From the human T2T-CHM13v2.0 reference genome, Homo sapiens, in the NCBI RefSeq assembly GCF_009914755.1, contig NC_060925.1: 64,000 nucleotides of DNA. One strand, written 5' to 3'. Both the position numbers and the translations under genes were made by a program. Below, piece by piece: positions 1 through 13,306 of this stretch; within the stretch, counting starts at the first letter, position 1, and every line of letters begins with the position of its first letter. The notes below the pieces were generated by a model. It searched no databases, was not told the DNA's origin, and saw nothing but the letters and a program-made list of their open reading frames with translations.

Positions 1-560
<560 letters not shown>

Positions 561-598
561 CAAAATCACACACACAAAACTATCAGTTAATAGGTTAT

Positions 599-887
599 TG
601 ATATGGTTTAGATGTTTGTCCCCTCCAAATCTCATGTTGAAATGTGATTCCCAATGTTGGAGATTGGACCTGGTGGGAGGTTACTGGATCATGGGGGCAG
701 ACCCCTCATGAATGATTTAGCACCATCCGCTTGGTAATAAGTGAGTTCTCGCTCAGTTCAGAGTTCTGGTTATTTAAAGGTCTGGCACATCCCCACCTCA
801 CTCTCCTGCTCCCTCTCTCACCATGTGATATGCCTACTCCCTCTTCACCTTCCACCATGATTATGAACTTCCTGAGGCCCTTACCAG
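599..887 (+). mobile_element. MaLR LTR (MSTA/MSTB-like), 3'-truncated
   Basis: Starts TGATATGGTTTAGATGTTTGTCCCTCCAAATCTCATGTTGAAATG and contains ATCATGGGGGCAGACCCCTCATGAATG, typical of MST LTRs. Confidence 0.85.
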
Positions 888-2246
888 TTAATTTGCTGGT
901 GTGCATAAATGTTTTGGGAAGTCCACATGAACAGTAACTAGACTAAGCCAAAATTATAATTGACCTCATATTATGATTCTTCCCCCACTGTAATGCAAAA
1001 CTTGCTATGGTTTGCATTACTTGAAATTCCCCCATCTCCTGCCCACCCAGGTTCCCATAAAATAATGCTAAATGTTGAAATATGAACTGGTCTACACAGA
1101 CTCCAAAAACTATGCAAGAAAACATGGAAACTAATTACAATCATACAGAATCCATACATAAAAAGTGACATTGAAATGGGGAAATAAACATTCAAGACAA
1201 GCACAGTAGGCTCCAGAATCTACACCACACCTTAGAATCAGGTGGAGATTTCACAAGGAAAGGAAAAGACTGTGGGTTGCCAGGGATGAAGGAATGCAGA
1301 AAACATCAACTAGGGCTTTGCCCAAGTGGTGCAATACTGAGATCAGGTGTGCATCTGAGTTTGGATTAGCGGAGACTGGAGAAAGAGGATGATAAAAAGT
1401 GCTTGGGACCAGACTCTGGGAAACTCATAGCCTTTCAGGGTGACCAAGACATAGTGGAAGAGGGTAGAGTTTTCCTCAAGAAAAAAAAAAAAAAAATGGC
1501 AATATGTTGAAGATAAGTGTTCTATTGCAACAAGATAGTATCAAAGGACTGTGATTGAGTTTAAAGAACCTTTTATTTCTAAGAGTGCTGATATCATCAA
1601 TGGGAAAAAGTATTCCTTTTTATTCTATTCTTAAAGTTTGGTTCTGTTTGTCATCTCAAGGGTTTCTCCTGTCAGCAGCCGTGGTACTTACATAAAGGAA
1701 CTTGAATACACAGCTATATTTTGAAAACTGGAAAATTTAACCCAAAGTACATTTTAGCTTTGGAATGCCCTTGGGGATGGAAGTGAATTGCTCAGGAGAT
1801 GAATAATGGGATTCATTACTATGACCCACTGAAATCTAACATAACCCAAGGTATTCCCTTGCTGTTGAGCAGCTTAGAGACGGAGGAGAGTAATGCAGCC
1901 TCACTTAAGTGATTTCTTATCCTGCCACTGAAGCTACCAACCAAAGGCTATTTTCTCCCCACAAATAGAGGTGTATCTATGTTTATTGATATAGGGGACA
2001 GAAGCATATTCTTTGCATATTCAAATTCAAATGACCTTGTTTTAGCTCTTTTTAGTTCCTGTGATGCCAAAAAGTGTTTATCTTGCATACTGTAAAAATA
2101 GACTTGATCAACATTCTATGATATAAATAACTACCTACATATTTTGCTTTTGTTAGTGAGTCGAAATAGTCATATAAATGATAGATTTAAATCTAATGTT
2201 AGTTTATCAATTAAGACAAACTTTTTATGTTTTTTACCTTATTATA

Positions 2247-2922
2247 CAATAGTCCCCCCTTATCCACAAGGGTGTTCCAAAACCCCTAGGGAATGCTTGA
2301 AACCTAGGACAGTACCAAACCAATTGCGGTCAATCAGAACACGTTTTTGTTCATGTATTCCACCCACAAATTTAAAGCCTTTTCTTTCTTAACTAAGCAC
2401 TTATGATGCACTGCAGCAGTAACTTTATCAGTTTGAGGTGCAATAGCAAAATTAGCACGAATTTCTTTTTCCTTTTTCACAATTCACAAAGAGAAGATTT
2501 GTTCCTATAGCAAATCTTAGCAACTTCAGCATATGATTATTTTTCTTTATTAAGAGAACTTTCACCTTTTCACTTAAAGGAAGTATTTTATGGCTTCTCT
2601 TTGGCATATCTGAATTGCCACCATCACCACCCTTGAACTTTGAGACCATTATTGAGCAAAACAAGGGTTACTTGAACACAAGCCCTGCAATACTTCCACA
2701 GTGAATCTGATAACCAAGATGGCTACTAAGGGACTAATGGGTGGGGAGCTGTAGACAGCGTGGAGACGCTGGACAAAGGAATGATGCATGGACCAGGTGA
2801 GATTTCATGATGCTACCAGAGTGTGTACAATTTAAAACTTATGAATGGTATATTCCTGGAATTTTTCATGTAATATTCTGAAACCTCAGAAAGTAAAACC
2901 TCAGATAAGGGGAACACTACTA
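2247..2922. mobile_element. TcMar-Tigger MITE (MER44/Tigger7 group)
   Basis: TIR-like ends CAATAGTCCCCCCTTATCC ... AGATAAGGGGAACACTACTA, flanked by TA (2245-2246, 2923-2924). Confidence 0.8.
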
Positions 2923-2924
2923 TA

Positions 2925-3454
2925 CAGTCAGATCTTGAATAACCATCTTTTGATTCAACATCACTTCCTTATAACGTTGATGATAAAAGAAAAATGATTC
3001 CCAGTAGGCCCACTGCCTGTCTGGAGTTTACATGTTCACCCTATGTCTGCGTGGGTTTTCTTGGAGCACTTCAAAGCTGTGCATGAGAGCTGAATTGGCA
3101 CGTCTAAAGGATCCCAGTGTGAGTGAGCCAGCATGTCTGATGTGGGCTCCCAACTGGTTCCCCAAACTGCTGGGATGGGCTTTGACAATCTGAGACCCTG
3201 GAATAATTAGGTAAATAAATACCTTACTTGTTTTTATTAATCTTTGTTAAATATATATATAGATCACATTTATTTGAATATTTAATATTAGAAGTGTTTT
3301 CATCCTTATGTAAAAGTGTGGTGATCATTTGTGATCAGAAATATGCCATAGTAACTTAACTCTTGTTTATATCAGTTAGCCTATGATAAATTAGTTTAAT
3401 TATAGTTGTTTTGCTTAAAGTGGCAGTTTCCAAGGCAACATTGAGAACTTACTG
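2925..3454 (+). mobile_element. TcMar-Tigger MITE (MER6A-like)
   Basis: Contains TTATAACGTTGATGA..GGAGTTTACATGTTCACCCTATGTCTGCGTGGGTTTTC and ends TTTTGCTTAAAGTGGCAGTTTCCAAG..GAACTTACTG followed by TA. Confidence 0.8.
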
Positions 3455-3946
3455 TACACTCAAAATAAAATTTACTGTAAAAAATATAAATTCAAAACTG
3501 CGAGGCCACATATTCTTTATAATATGGGAGATTCAGACAGATTGTTTCTATAGCAAGTCTTGTCAAACACTGAAAAATATTATAATCTAACAGAAATTTT
3601 TTCAGATAAAAGAGAAGGAAGCTTCACATGCCTTTATTTTTTATTTATTTATTCTTTTAAATGAGGCTGGTGTAACACTGTTACAAACATCAAACCAGTA
3701 AGATGGAATAAATTTAAAAAAAACCTGTAGGGCAATCTTATTTAAAAATATATGTAAAAATGGAATGGGGCTCAATCTGTATTCAGGAAGCCCTGATAAG
3801 GGACAACTGTCACACTTAACACAACACAAATGATATTGTGACCTCATGACATTAAAGTGATTTGTTCAAGTCCTACATATTGTAAAAGTCTGCATCAGAA
3901 TCTAAAAATGCTGATATCCAATCCTAAGATTTTCAAATAAGCCATC

Positions 3947-4300
3947 CATATTAGTCCATTTTCACACTGCTGATAAAGACATATCTGAAACTGGGAAGAA
4001 AAAGAGGTTTAATTGGACTTACAGTTCCACATAGCTGGGGAGGCCTCAGAATCATGGTGGGAGGCAACAGGCACTTCTTACATGGTGACAATAAGAGAAA
4101 AATTAGGAGGAAGCAAAAGCAGAAATCCCTGATAAACCCATCACATCTCATGAGAATTAATCACTATCAAGAGAGTAGCACCAGAAAGACTGGTCCCCAT
4201 GATGCAATTTCCTCCTCCTGGGTCCCTCCCACAACACGTGGGCATTCTGGGAGATACAATTCAAGTTGAGATTTGATGGGAACACAGCCAAATTATATCA
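3947..4300 (-). mobile_element. THE1 (B/C-type) MaLR solo LTR
   Basis: (ca)tattagtccattttcacactgctgataaagac ... cacagccaaattatatca. 5-bp TSD ccatc (3942-3946) / ccacc (4301-4305). Confidence 0.92.
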
Positions 4301-4326
4301 CCACCTTTTTCTATTTTATGATTGGA

Positions 4327-4640
4327 TCAGTTAGGATAATATCTGCTGCTATCACAAACCAACTCACAAACTGAAAGATTTACCCCAATTAAAGTTGATT
4401 GTTGCTCTCCTACACCAACAAATACTGATAGGTTTCCACCTGGGTATCGAGGCCCACTGACATCATGCAGCATGTGGCTCTCCCATTCTCTAGGGCCTAC
4501 TTTGAGTGCTTTGCAGTCAGCCGAGAGAAAGAGAAACAGGTAAGAAAGCTCATCTTCTTCTTTATTCTAACAAATGTAACACTAATTACTACATTCATAT
4601 TCCACTACTGAAAAGTGGTCAGATGATTTCGTGGGTCCCA
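4327..4640 (-). mobile_element. Old MLT1 (J/K/L-like) LTR remnant
   Basis: tcagttaggataatatctgctgctatcacaaac... and attactacattcatattccactactgaaaagtggtca motifs. Ends are approximate. Confidence 0.5.
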
Positions 4641-4699
4641 GAATGGGGTCTAGAATATGGAGTCCCTAAAATATCCATAAAGTTCGTAGTGAAGTTCTA

Positions 4700-4850
4700 A
4701 TTAGCTCTTCATTTAGATGTATGCACAGCATTCCAGTTTACACCTGGTGCCCTGTTTTAATCTATTTATTTTCATCCAATCCAGGATACTTTTAGTGTTG
4801 CTGTTCTCAAAAGTGTCCTGCTTTGAATGATAGGTTATAGGATCACCCTG
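4700..4850. mobile_element. hAT-Blackjack MITE (MER81-like)
   Basis: ccagtttacacctggtgccc..ctcaaaagtgtcctgctttgaatgataggttataggatcaccct matches the recalled MER81 consensus. Confidence 0.65.
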
Positions 4851-6325
4851 TGCCTTGTCACAATGCTCTCAGACAATTGCAAGAGGTTTGTTTGTTTTTA
4901 ATACATAAAAAGCAAATAAATATGCCAACATCATAGTGTTTTGCTGTAGTTATCAATCAACATTCTGTTGAATGTGCCTAGGCTGTAGAAAATCCTTAAC
5001 ACCTCTGATAATCCAGAATGATCTATTTTTGAATATTTTTCCAGACACATTTAAAAAATGATAATTTTTGAATAAAATTATATATGAGAAATTTATTCAA
5101 AATAGCATTATGGTAGTTTTTCACCCTAGATAATATAAATTTAAGCAAATTCTACATGGGTTATTGGAACATAGCCAGATGTTCCAAGGCATGGTGAATA
5201 TTTTACGAACATCATGGAGGAAAATTTAAATATTCAGTAAAAATATGCTTAAAAGGAAGAGGACAACCAAGGCGCTCTGTTGCCTGAAGGCAAAATAATT
5301 GGATATATGTCCCTTTAAAGTCTCTTTCAGTCCCTTAGTACAATAATAAATTCCCCTGCAGAGTATAACTTGAGTATATAAAAATGTTCAAAAATGATAT
5401 GATAAAGTGAAAATGTAGTAATAGACCCTTTAAGCAATATTATGCACTGTCTCCTGAATACTAGCGTTCTGTGATATCATGTAAGATTTGCTTATGAAAT
5501 CTATCTGAGAAACAGAACGTAACATGACAAAGTGTTGAGTTCTCAGGGTAAAGGCAATATTCTCTCTCTTGAAATATAATGAAGACTACACTTCATTAAA
5601 GTGTAATTGTCAACTTGGGGAAACAATACAGCTTTGCTGTGTCAAAATAACCCAAACAAATAGAACAGAACATGAATTTTAAAAAATCTTGGGACAGAAG
5701 CATGTATATTTAATAAGATGTCTTTTATCATGGCTTTTCAAAATGAAAAAATATTAAATATGAACGTGGTAGATACTACTCATTATGTTTTTCTACCAAT
5801 CTGTCCACCCTTACCATAATACCCTCATTGCCCCTCATCCTCACTTCAAATATAAAATAAACATAGCTGTTTGATGTCAGTGTCACAGTGAAGATTGTAT
5901 AAAATCTTAAATGCTTTTCAGCTCTGAAATAACAGCCTGACCAGTGCATTCTGAGCTGAAATTCTTAAATGCAGTTTTCAATGGCAAATGTTCTAAAACC
6001 TTCCCAATACTGACTCATGCCACAAAAAAAGAAAAAGAAGAAATAGATACCTTAATTTTTTTGATAGAAAATGTCAAAATTTTTTTTATTTTTAATGTCT
6101 TGCTGAATTGAATAACTGGACACTTTTGAATGCTCTCAAATTCTTACATTTCAAAGTTTTATGAATTGTCCTTTGGAGATTACTGTCCATTATATACACC
6201 TTCACTAAGATGTCACTAATCATTCTTTGAAAAATGCAAATATTGATTACAAATAATTTTTATGTACTTCTTTGAAATATGTTATTGGTAACATACAAAG
6301 CAATATAGATGAAATGATTTTAGTA

Positions 6326-6731
6326 CAGACAGTCCCCAACTTCCAGTGGCTCCACTTATGATTTTTTGACTCTAGTATTGTGTGAAAGCGATACAACTTT
6401 CAGTAAGAACCGTATTTCAAGTACCAAAAACGATTCTGTTTTTCAGTAAGAACCATATTTTGAGTACCAAAAACAACCATTCTGTTTTTCAATTTCAATA
6501 AATATCAATAAATTACATGAGAGGTTAACACCTAATTATAAAACAGGGTTTGTGTTTGATGATTTTGTCTAACTGCAGATTAGTGTAAGTGTTCTGGGCC
6601 TGTTTAACATAGGCTAGGCTAAGCTATGATATTTAGTATGTCAGGTGTATTAAACACATTTTCAACATGATATTTCCAACTTACAATATGTTTATTGGGA
6701 TGTAAGCCTATTGTAAATCAAGCAGAATCTG
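6326..6731. mobile_element. TcMar-Tigger MITE (MER47A/Tigger5-like)
   Basis: TA|CAGACAGTCCCCAACTT ... AATCAAGCAGAATCTG|TA, with internal TAGGCTAGGCTAAGCTATGAT typical of MER47. Confidence 0.85.
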
Positions 6732-7119
6732 TAATTTAATTGATGTATAACAAATAAAGTTATAGAGAAATGGTCCTAAGGATTATTACATCCACCCACT
6801 AATTTTTAAATCACTTAAGGCACAAGATTAAGTAAGTTTCCATAATTACTCCAAAATTTGGTGGCAGAGCTGGAACTGGTATTATATCCTTTAAATATTT
6901 ATTATTTACTATGTGTGTAGCACTTTGTTATATTATTTCTCTTATCAATGCTAAATGATAGAGTGATCATTAACATTTCCATTTGGCAGATCAGGAGAAT
7001 GTGACATTGGCTTAAGCAATCTGAGCAGTTTGGAAATATAGTGTGACATGTGTAATTTATAGATCATGTAAAGGATATCTCCTTTTAGTTATTTGCTTCG
7101 TGTTTTATCAGTGACCTAC

Positions 7120-7735
7120 TGTGGAAGGCCAGGTCTCACTAAGACAGGCCTCTGTAACAATTGTTTCAGCACTGACTGAGTGGCTAAGTTAAATATTAAA
7201 AGCTGAGAGAGACAGTGACCTTTTACAAACGCTGGGATATAACAAAAGCCCCCCAAGAGTTTTGCCCAGGCCTTTGCTGGGCCTTGGAGCCTTCCTCACA
7301 AGATAATGCAGGAATTCTTAACAGGACCCATTTGGGATTAAACAAGTTTATTGGGGGTCTGAAGGGACTCCCCAAACCTCCATGATTTTGCAGGAGACAA
7401 GATAAGGGTATTCACCCCAGCATCTGGACCCATTAAGATTAAATAAATTTACTGAGGCTCCAGAGGAAGGTCTTCAGGACTCATATCTTAGTTATAGATT
7501 AGAATAATTTAATCACTTATATCTTCAGATGAATGCACACTTACATGTAGACATATAGATTAAAAGGTACATAAGCGCTGGTGAACATTGTAATTTTGAG
7601 TTGCTCTGGTGATAATTTCCATGCCTTCTCTTTGTACCTGGCTGCAGAAATAAACTCCCTTCTTTTTCAGTTTATCTGCATCTCGTTATTCGGCCACGAG
7701 AAAAAGCAGCCCAACCCTCGATTTGGTTGGGAACA
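7120..7735 (+). mobile_element. ERV solo LTR (ERV1-class by 4-bp TSD; family unresolved)
   Basis: TG...CA termini, 4-bp TSD ctac (7116-7119 / 7736-7739), TATA-like tacataag near 7569 and AATAAA near 7649. Confidence 0.85.
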
Positions 7736-7971
7736 CTACTACATTGGCAAGCGTATTTTTTTTTCCTAAAATGTCTAAATGTGTTTGCTGGATCATTGTG
7801 CTACTTTGCTCAAAGACAGGCTGTTTTAGAGATAAACAGCATTGTGTATATCGCCTTTATTTAAATAATCTGAAATGTTTAATATGTTTATGTGAAACAT
7901 AACGTGAACATTTAAATATGTTTATTCATTGTATTTTTATTTCAATCTGTCCGCTTTTTGATAAATAAGTG

Positions 7972-8041
7972 TTTTTGAATAAATGCACCAATGAGGATGT
8001 AAATAAGAGACACTTTTTGAATAAATGCACCAATGAGGATG
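7972..8041. repeat. Short direct duplication (28-bp identical core)
   Basis: tttttgaataaatgcaccaatgaggatg at 7972-7999 and 8014-8041. Confidence 0.95.
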
Positions 8042-8350
8042 ATACAATACTAAACCAAAAGAATGTAAGATGTGTTTATTTGCAAACAACAACCATCTCC
8101 CGGAGTCTCTTTTGAGTATACTGCGCTGTCTACAAAGCATTTTGCGTAGGGCTGATGATTACTATGACCTTCTTGCTCTTCTTAGAGTAAAGGGTATTTG
8201 TGAGAAAAAGATCAACAGATATTTTGCCTTGGAGTAAATGACAACAGAAGGCAGAGAGAAGAAGTGACTGACCAAACCTTCATAGTAAGTTAACGCCTTT
8301 GTTGTTGTTGTCGTTGTTGTTAGCTCACATGCTCGTTTACTACTCTAATT

Positions 8351-8542
8351 CAGTAGTTTTTAAACTTGAGCAGCAAGCATCAGAATCACCTGGAGGGTTT
8401 GTTTAAACACCATCTTCTGGGTCCCAATTCCACAGTTTCTGAGATGGTAGGTTTGAGTGGGGCCTGAGGATTTACAATTCTACATGTTTAGGTAATGCTG
8501 ACATAGTTGCTTTAGGTACCACTCTTTCAGAAACCCCGACTG
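8351..8542. mobile_element. MER5A hAT-Charlie MITE
   Basis: cagtagtttttaaacttgagc..gcatcagaatcacctggagggtttgtttaaacac..gtggggcctgagga. Confidence 0.85.
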
Positions 8543-8857
8543 AATTGCTTACTTGCTCAATCTAATTGTTGAATGAGATGTAGCAAGCAATAAGTGGTTT
8601 CTGCTTTTCCTGGTTGCCCCTTCTGAGTGACATCTTTGAACCAGGTGTTTGATAATTCGAATTCTAAATTTTACAACTACAGCTATAAGATCTACAACCA
8701 TAAGATCTGTGCTCTTTTCACTGAATCATATATTTATTTTTGAAAAACAGATATCATTAGAGCTTAAATCAACATTTTGTAATAATTTAGTGAAAGAATA
8801 AGAGAAGTCAAATTTCCAGCATTTTGAGAATAAGGAATGGTTATGGCCAGTATGTGT

Positions 8858-9152
8858 CTATTTTTCACAGTTCTGGAGGCTCAGAAGTCAAAGATCAAGG
8901 TGTCCATAGAATCACTCTCTGAGGTGGGTCCTTTTTTTGGTTTGCCACAGCCTCCTTCTTGGTGTGTCTTCACGTAGTGGAGACAAAGGGACGGCAAGCT
9001 CTCTGATCTCTTCTTATAAGAGTGCTAATTATCTTATGGAGAATTCACCCTCATGACCTCATCTAAACCTAATTACCTCCTAGAGGCCCCACCTCCAAAT
9101 GTCATCAAATTCAACATACAAATTTTGGGGGAACAAAATTCAGTCTATAGCA
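8858..9152 (-). mobile_element. MLT1A-type MaLR LTR (partial)
   Basis: cacagttctggaggc..aagatcaaggtg..caccctcatgacctcatctaaacctaattacctcc..ttcagtctatagca. Confidence 0.85.
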
Positions 9153-9522
9153 CCTCATATCCAGTTTCTCATACTATTAACAACTTAGACTGATATGGTA
9201 CTTTTGTCACAATATTGCTATATTATTATCAACTAAAATTCATAATTTATTAATTTATCTGTTTTTATAAAATATTATTTTTCTATACCAAGATCCCATT
9301 CATGGCATCACATTAAATTTAGTCACCATGGCTCATTGGGTTCCTCTTGGCTCTGACAGTTTCTCAGACATTTATTATTTTGATGACCTTGGCAGTTGTC
9401 TGAGGCATACCGTATTTTGTAGAATGTTCCTCAACTGCAGTTTAATGGTTCTTGGTATATTTTGGATACCAGTCCTTTATCAGATATTTGATTTACAAAG
9501 ATTTTTTCTCCCATTCTAGGCT

Positions 9523-9703
9523 CTTTTGTTCTTTTTGTTTTGTTTTATTTTGTTTTGAGATAGGTTCTCCTATGTTGCCCAGGTTGGAGATCAGTTGCTA
9601 TTAATAGGCATGCTCTTAGTGCATTACAGCCTGGAACTCTTGGCCTCAAGTGATCCTCCTACCTCAGCCTCCCTAGTAGCTGGGACTAAAGGTACATGCT
9701 ACC
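9523..9703 (-). mobile_element. FAM (fossil Alu monomer)
   Basis: Monomeric Alu retaining the longer 7SL segment (gctattaataggcatgctcttagtgcattacagcc, cf. FAM gctattcacaggcgcgatcatagcgcactacagcc). Confidence 0.8.
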
Positions 9704-9946
9704 AGATGAAAATTAGAAGTTCTAAAAATAAGTTCAATTTATCAAATTTTTTCTTTCATGGATCATGTTTTTGGTGCTGTGTCTAAAAAGTCATCAACAT
9801 AATTACGGTAACTTAGATTTTCCCAGATACTACTATCCTTGAGGAGTCTTGTAGTTTTATATTTTCCATTTATCTGTATGTTCTATTTTTACTTAAATTT
9901 TCTGTAAAGTGAAAACTCTATTGTCTAGGCATGGTTTTTTTTTTGG

Positions 9947-10270
9947 TCCTCTTCCTCTCCTTCCTCCTCCTCGTCCTACTTCTTTCTTCTTCCTCTTCCT
10001 CTTCTTCCTCTTCTTCCTTCTTCTTCCTTTTCTTCCTCTTCCTCTTTTTCCTTTTCCTCTTCTTCCTCCTTCCTCCTTCTTCTTCTAACTTATTCCTTCT
10101 TTCCTCCTCCCCTCCTCCTCCTTCTTTCTTCTTCCTTCTTCTCTTCTTCTTCTTCTCCTCCTCCTCCTTCTCCTCTTCCTCTTCCTTTCTTCTTCTTCCC
10201 CTTCTTCTTCGCCTTTTTTTCCTTCTTCTTCCTTCTGCTTCTCCTTGTCCTCCTCCCCCTTCTTCTTCTT
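9947..10270. repeat. (CTT/CCT)n polypyrimidine low-complexity tract
   Basis: About 325 bp almost entirely C/T on the + strand. Confidence 0.97.
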
Positions 10271-12214
10271 TGCATGTGGATGTCTGATTTTTCTAGCACA
10301 ATTTTCTAGCACTTTAACAAGACCAGCCTTTCCACATTCAAATTCCATGGAGCCTTTGTCAAAAATCAGTTGACTACATTGGTATGGGTCTGGTGGATCT
10401 GTTTCCAGGCTTTTTGCTCTTCCTGGAGTGGCTATTCTTTCATCAATACCATGCTGTTCTGTTTACTGCAGTTTTATGGTAAGTCTTGAAATCTAATAGA
10501 GTCAGTCATCTAACTTTGTTCTTCAGTATTGTGCTGGCTCTCCTAGTTCTTTGTCTCTTTATATAAATTTTAAAGTCAATTTGTTGATATTTACAAAATA
10601 ATTTGCTGTCCTTTTGATAGATTGTGTTGAATCTACAGACAAAGTTATGAATAATTGACATCTTAAGAGCATTGAATTGTACAATTCATGAACACAAAAT
10701 ATATTTCTAGTTAGTTAATTTTAAAATAAATTTTAATCATGTTTTATAGTTTTCTGACACAGATATTGTACATATTTTGTTAGGTTTACACTTGAGTATT
10801 TCATTTTGTGTAATATTGTAAAATAATCATTTTTATTTCAAGTTCTGATGATTTGTGGCTTGTATATAAAGCGAAATTGACTATAGTAAACTGACTTTGC
10901 CTCCTATGACTTTCCTATAATCACTCATTACTTCCAGAAATTTTTGTAGAATCTTTTGTATAGACTCTGAAGACAGTAATATAATCTCTGAATAAAGGCA
11001 ATTTTATTTCTTCATGTACAACTGATATACAGTTTGTTTTTTGAACTTGCTAGGACTTCCTTGTATAGGAATGGTGAGACAAAATATTTTTGCCTTGTTC
11101 CTGATCTTAGGGGGAATATATTCAGCCTCTCATGATTAAGTATGCTATTATCAATACTTTTTTTGTAGATTTTCTTTATGAAGTTGAGGACATTCCCTTT
11201 TAGTCTTAATTTGCTAAGAATTGTTATCATGGAAGGGTGTTGGAATTTTTTCAAAAGCTTTTCTGCATCATTATATTTCTTTTTTCTGTCTGAAAAGTAG
11301 ATTAGATATACTACACTGATTGACTTTCTAACACTGAATCAGACTAGCATACCTGAAAAAAAAAATGAGTTGAAGACATCTTTTACTTTACTCTGTCCAA
11401 CTTGAAAGTCCCAAATAAATGTTAGACGAGTAAGTTGTAATTCATAAATTCCCTAACTTAAAACCCACTGGGCTTTGATATCTATTTCTTTCTTCCCGAG
11501 AGGTCCTCAAACCCAAATTTTAAGTTACCTAAACCTGGAAAATTCTCTCAGAACAAAGCAAGTGTTTAACTGTTCAATTCTCAGTTACTCATCTAGTTTT
11601 ATGATTTACTTAAAATTTCTAGCACTAAAAAAAATGTTTAAAAATTCTTAAGGTCGAATTTTCCTAATGTGTACTACAGTTCTGTTTTTTCCAACAGAAT
11701 ATTTGATCTGAATAACCTTACCTAGCATATTTCCCCTCAGTGTAGGTGTTTCTATTTTAAAATAATTCATTTGGAGAGTGACATTTTTATTTTCAAAAAT
11801 AAATAAAAATAAAAGATAAATCGAATCCACCGATAGTCTCATGTTCCCATTACTTAAATATAGCTTTATTATTTTTCCCTTTTTTCCTCCTAATATCTTT
11901 TCCTCCCTAAGGTTTCTTTACACAGTTGTAATCAGTTTTCACAATTAATATTGTATTTGAAATATTTTTCACGCTACTTCTTTTTCATAAACTTCATTTT
12001 ATATGGCTGCTTGATGACTGGGAGCATGCCTTTTGCATCTACCCTGATGTTGAACACAGATATACATGTTACACTTTCAGTAATGTTGTCAACTTTAATG
12101 AAAGTACAGGCATTTTAAGGAGCAAAGCTTTCTTGGATATTTATTTAGTTCTTTTTGCCATACCGCCTAATATAGTAATGTAGTCAACAGCCAACATTTA
12201 ATAAACAATTGCTA

Positions 12215-12584
<370 letters not shown>

Positions 12585-12917
12585 TTACTGAGAACCACAA
12601 TAGAGAAGGGGGTGTGGTATATGTAAATGCGTTCTAGTCCTACTCCCAGATCTTTGTTGTAGTCAGTCTAGGAGAATAACAAAGAATATCCAAACAATGG
12701 GTTTAGTACTTCACATCTGTACCCCAAGATAAGGGATATTCACATCTTAACTAACCTATCTGCCCTTACCTTTGCCTTCCTATTGGTAGTTCTCAATACA
12801 ATAGCCAGAATTATCTTTTTAAAAGTTCAATTTGATTATGTCATTCTTCTCTTTATGACCTACAATAACTTTCCATCTCAGAGTAAAAGTCAAATTCCTT
12901 AAAGTGGTTTATCAGGC

Positions 12918-13266
12918 TGTCTTAGCTCAGGCTGCTGGAGAAGAATACCATCCACTAAGTGGCTTAAACAACTGACATTTATTTCTCAGTTATGGAGGCT
13001 TGGAAGCCGCAAATCAAGATGCTGGCTGGTGGGTGTGGTGGTTCACGCCTGTAATCTCAGCATTTTGGGAAGCCGAGGTGGGTGAATCATTTCAGGCCAG
13101 GAGTTTGAGACCAGCCTGGATAACATGGTGAAACCCCACCTCTACTAAAAACACAAAAATTGGCCAGGTGTGGTGGGTCACGCCTGTAATCCCAACTACT
13201 CAGCAGGCTGAGGCACGAGAACAGCTTGAACCTGAGAGGCAGAGGTTGCAGAGGGAGACTCTGTCT

Positions 13267-13306
<40 letters not shown>

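Larger units (their letters stand above)
9153..11350 (-). mobile_element. Old L1M remnant (3'UTR and ORF2 pieces), interrupted by a FAM and a microsatellite
   Basis: Antisense L1 motifs: gcctttgtcaaaaatcagttgac, gtgttgaatctacagac, ttgccttgttcctgatcttagggggaa, gcttttctgcatc. Confidence 0.8.

Noticed and set aside
9931-10348. Ser/Phe/Leu-rich and Glu/Arg/Lys-rich ORFs
   Set aside because: They are translations of the CTT/CCT microsatellite and carry no coding evidence.
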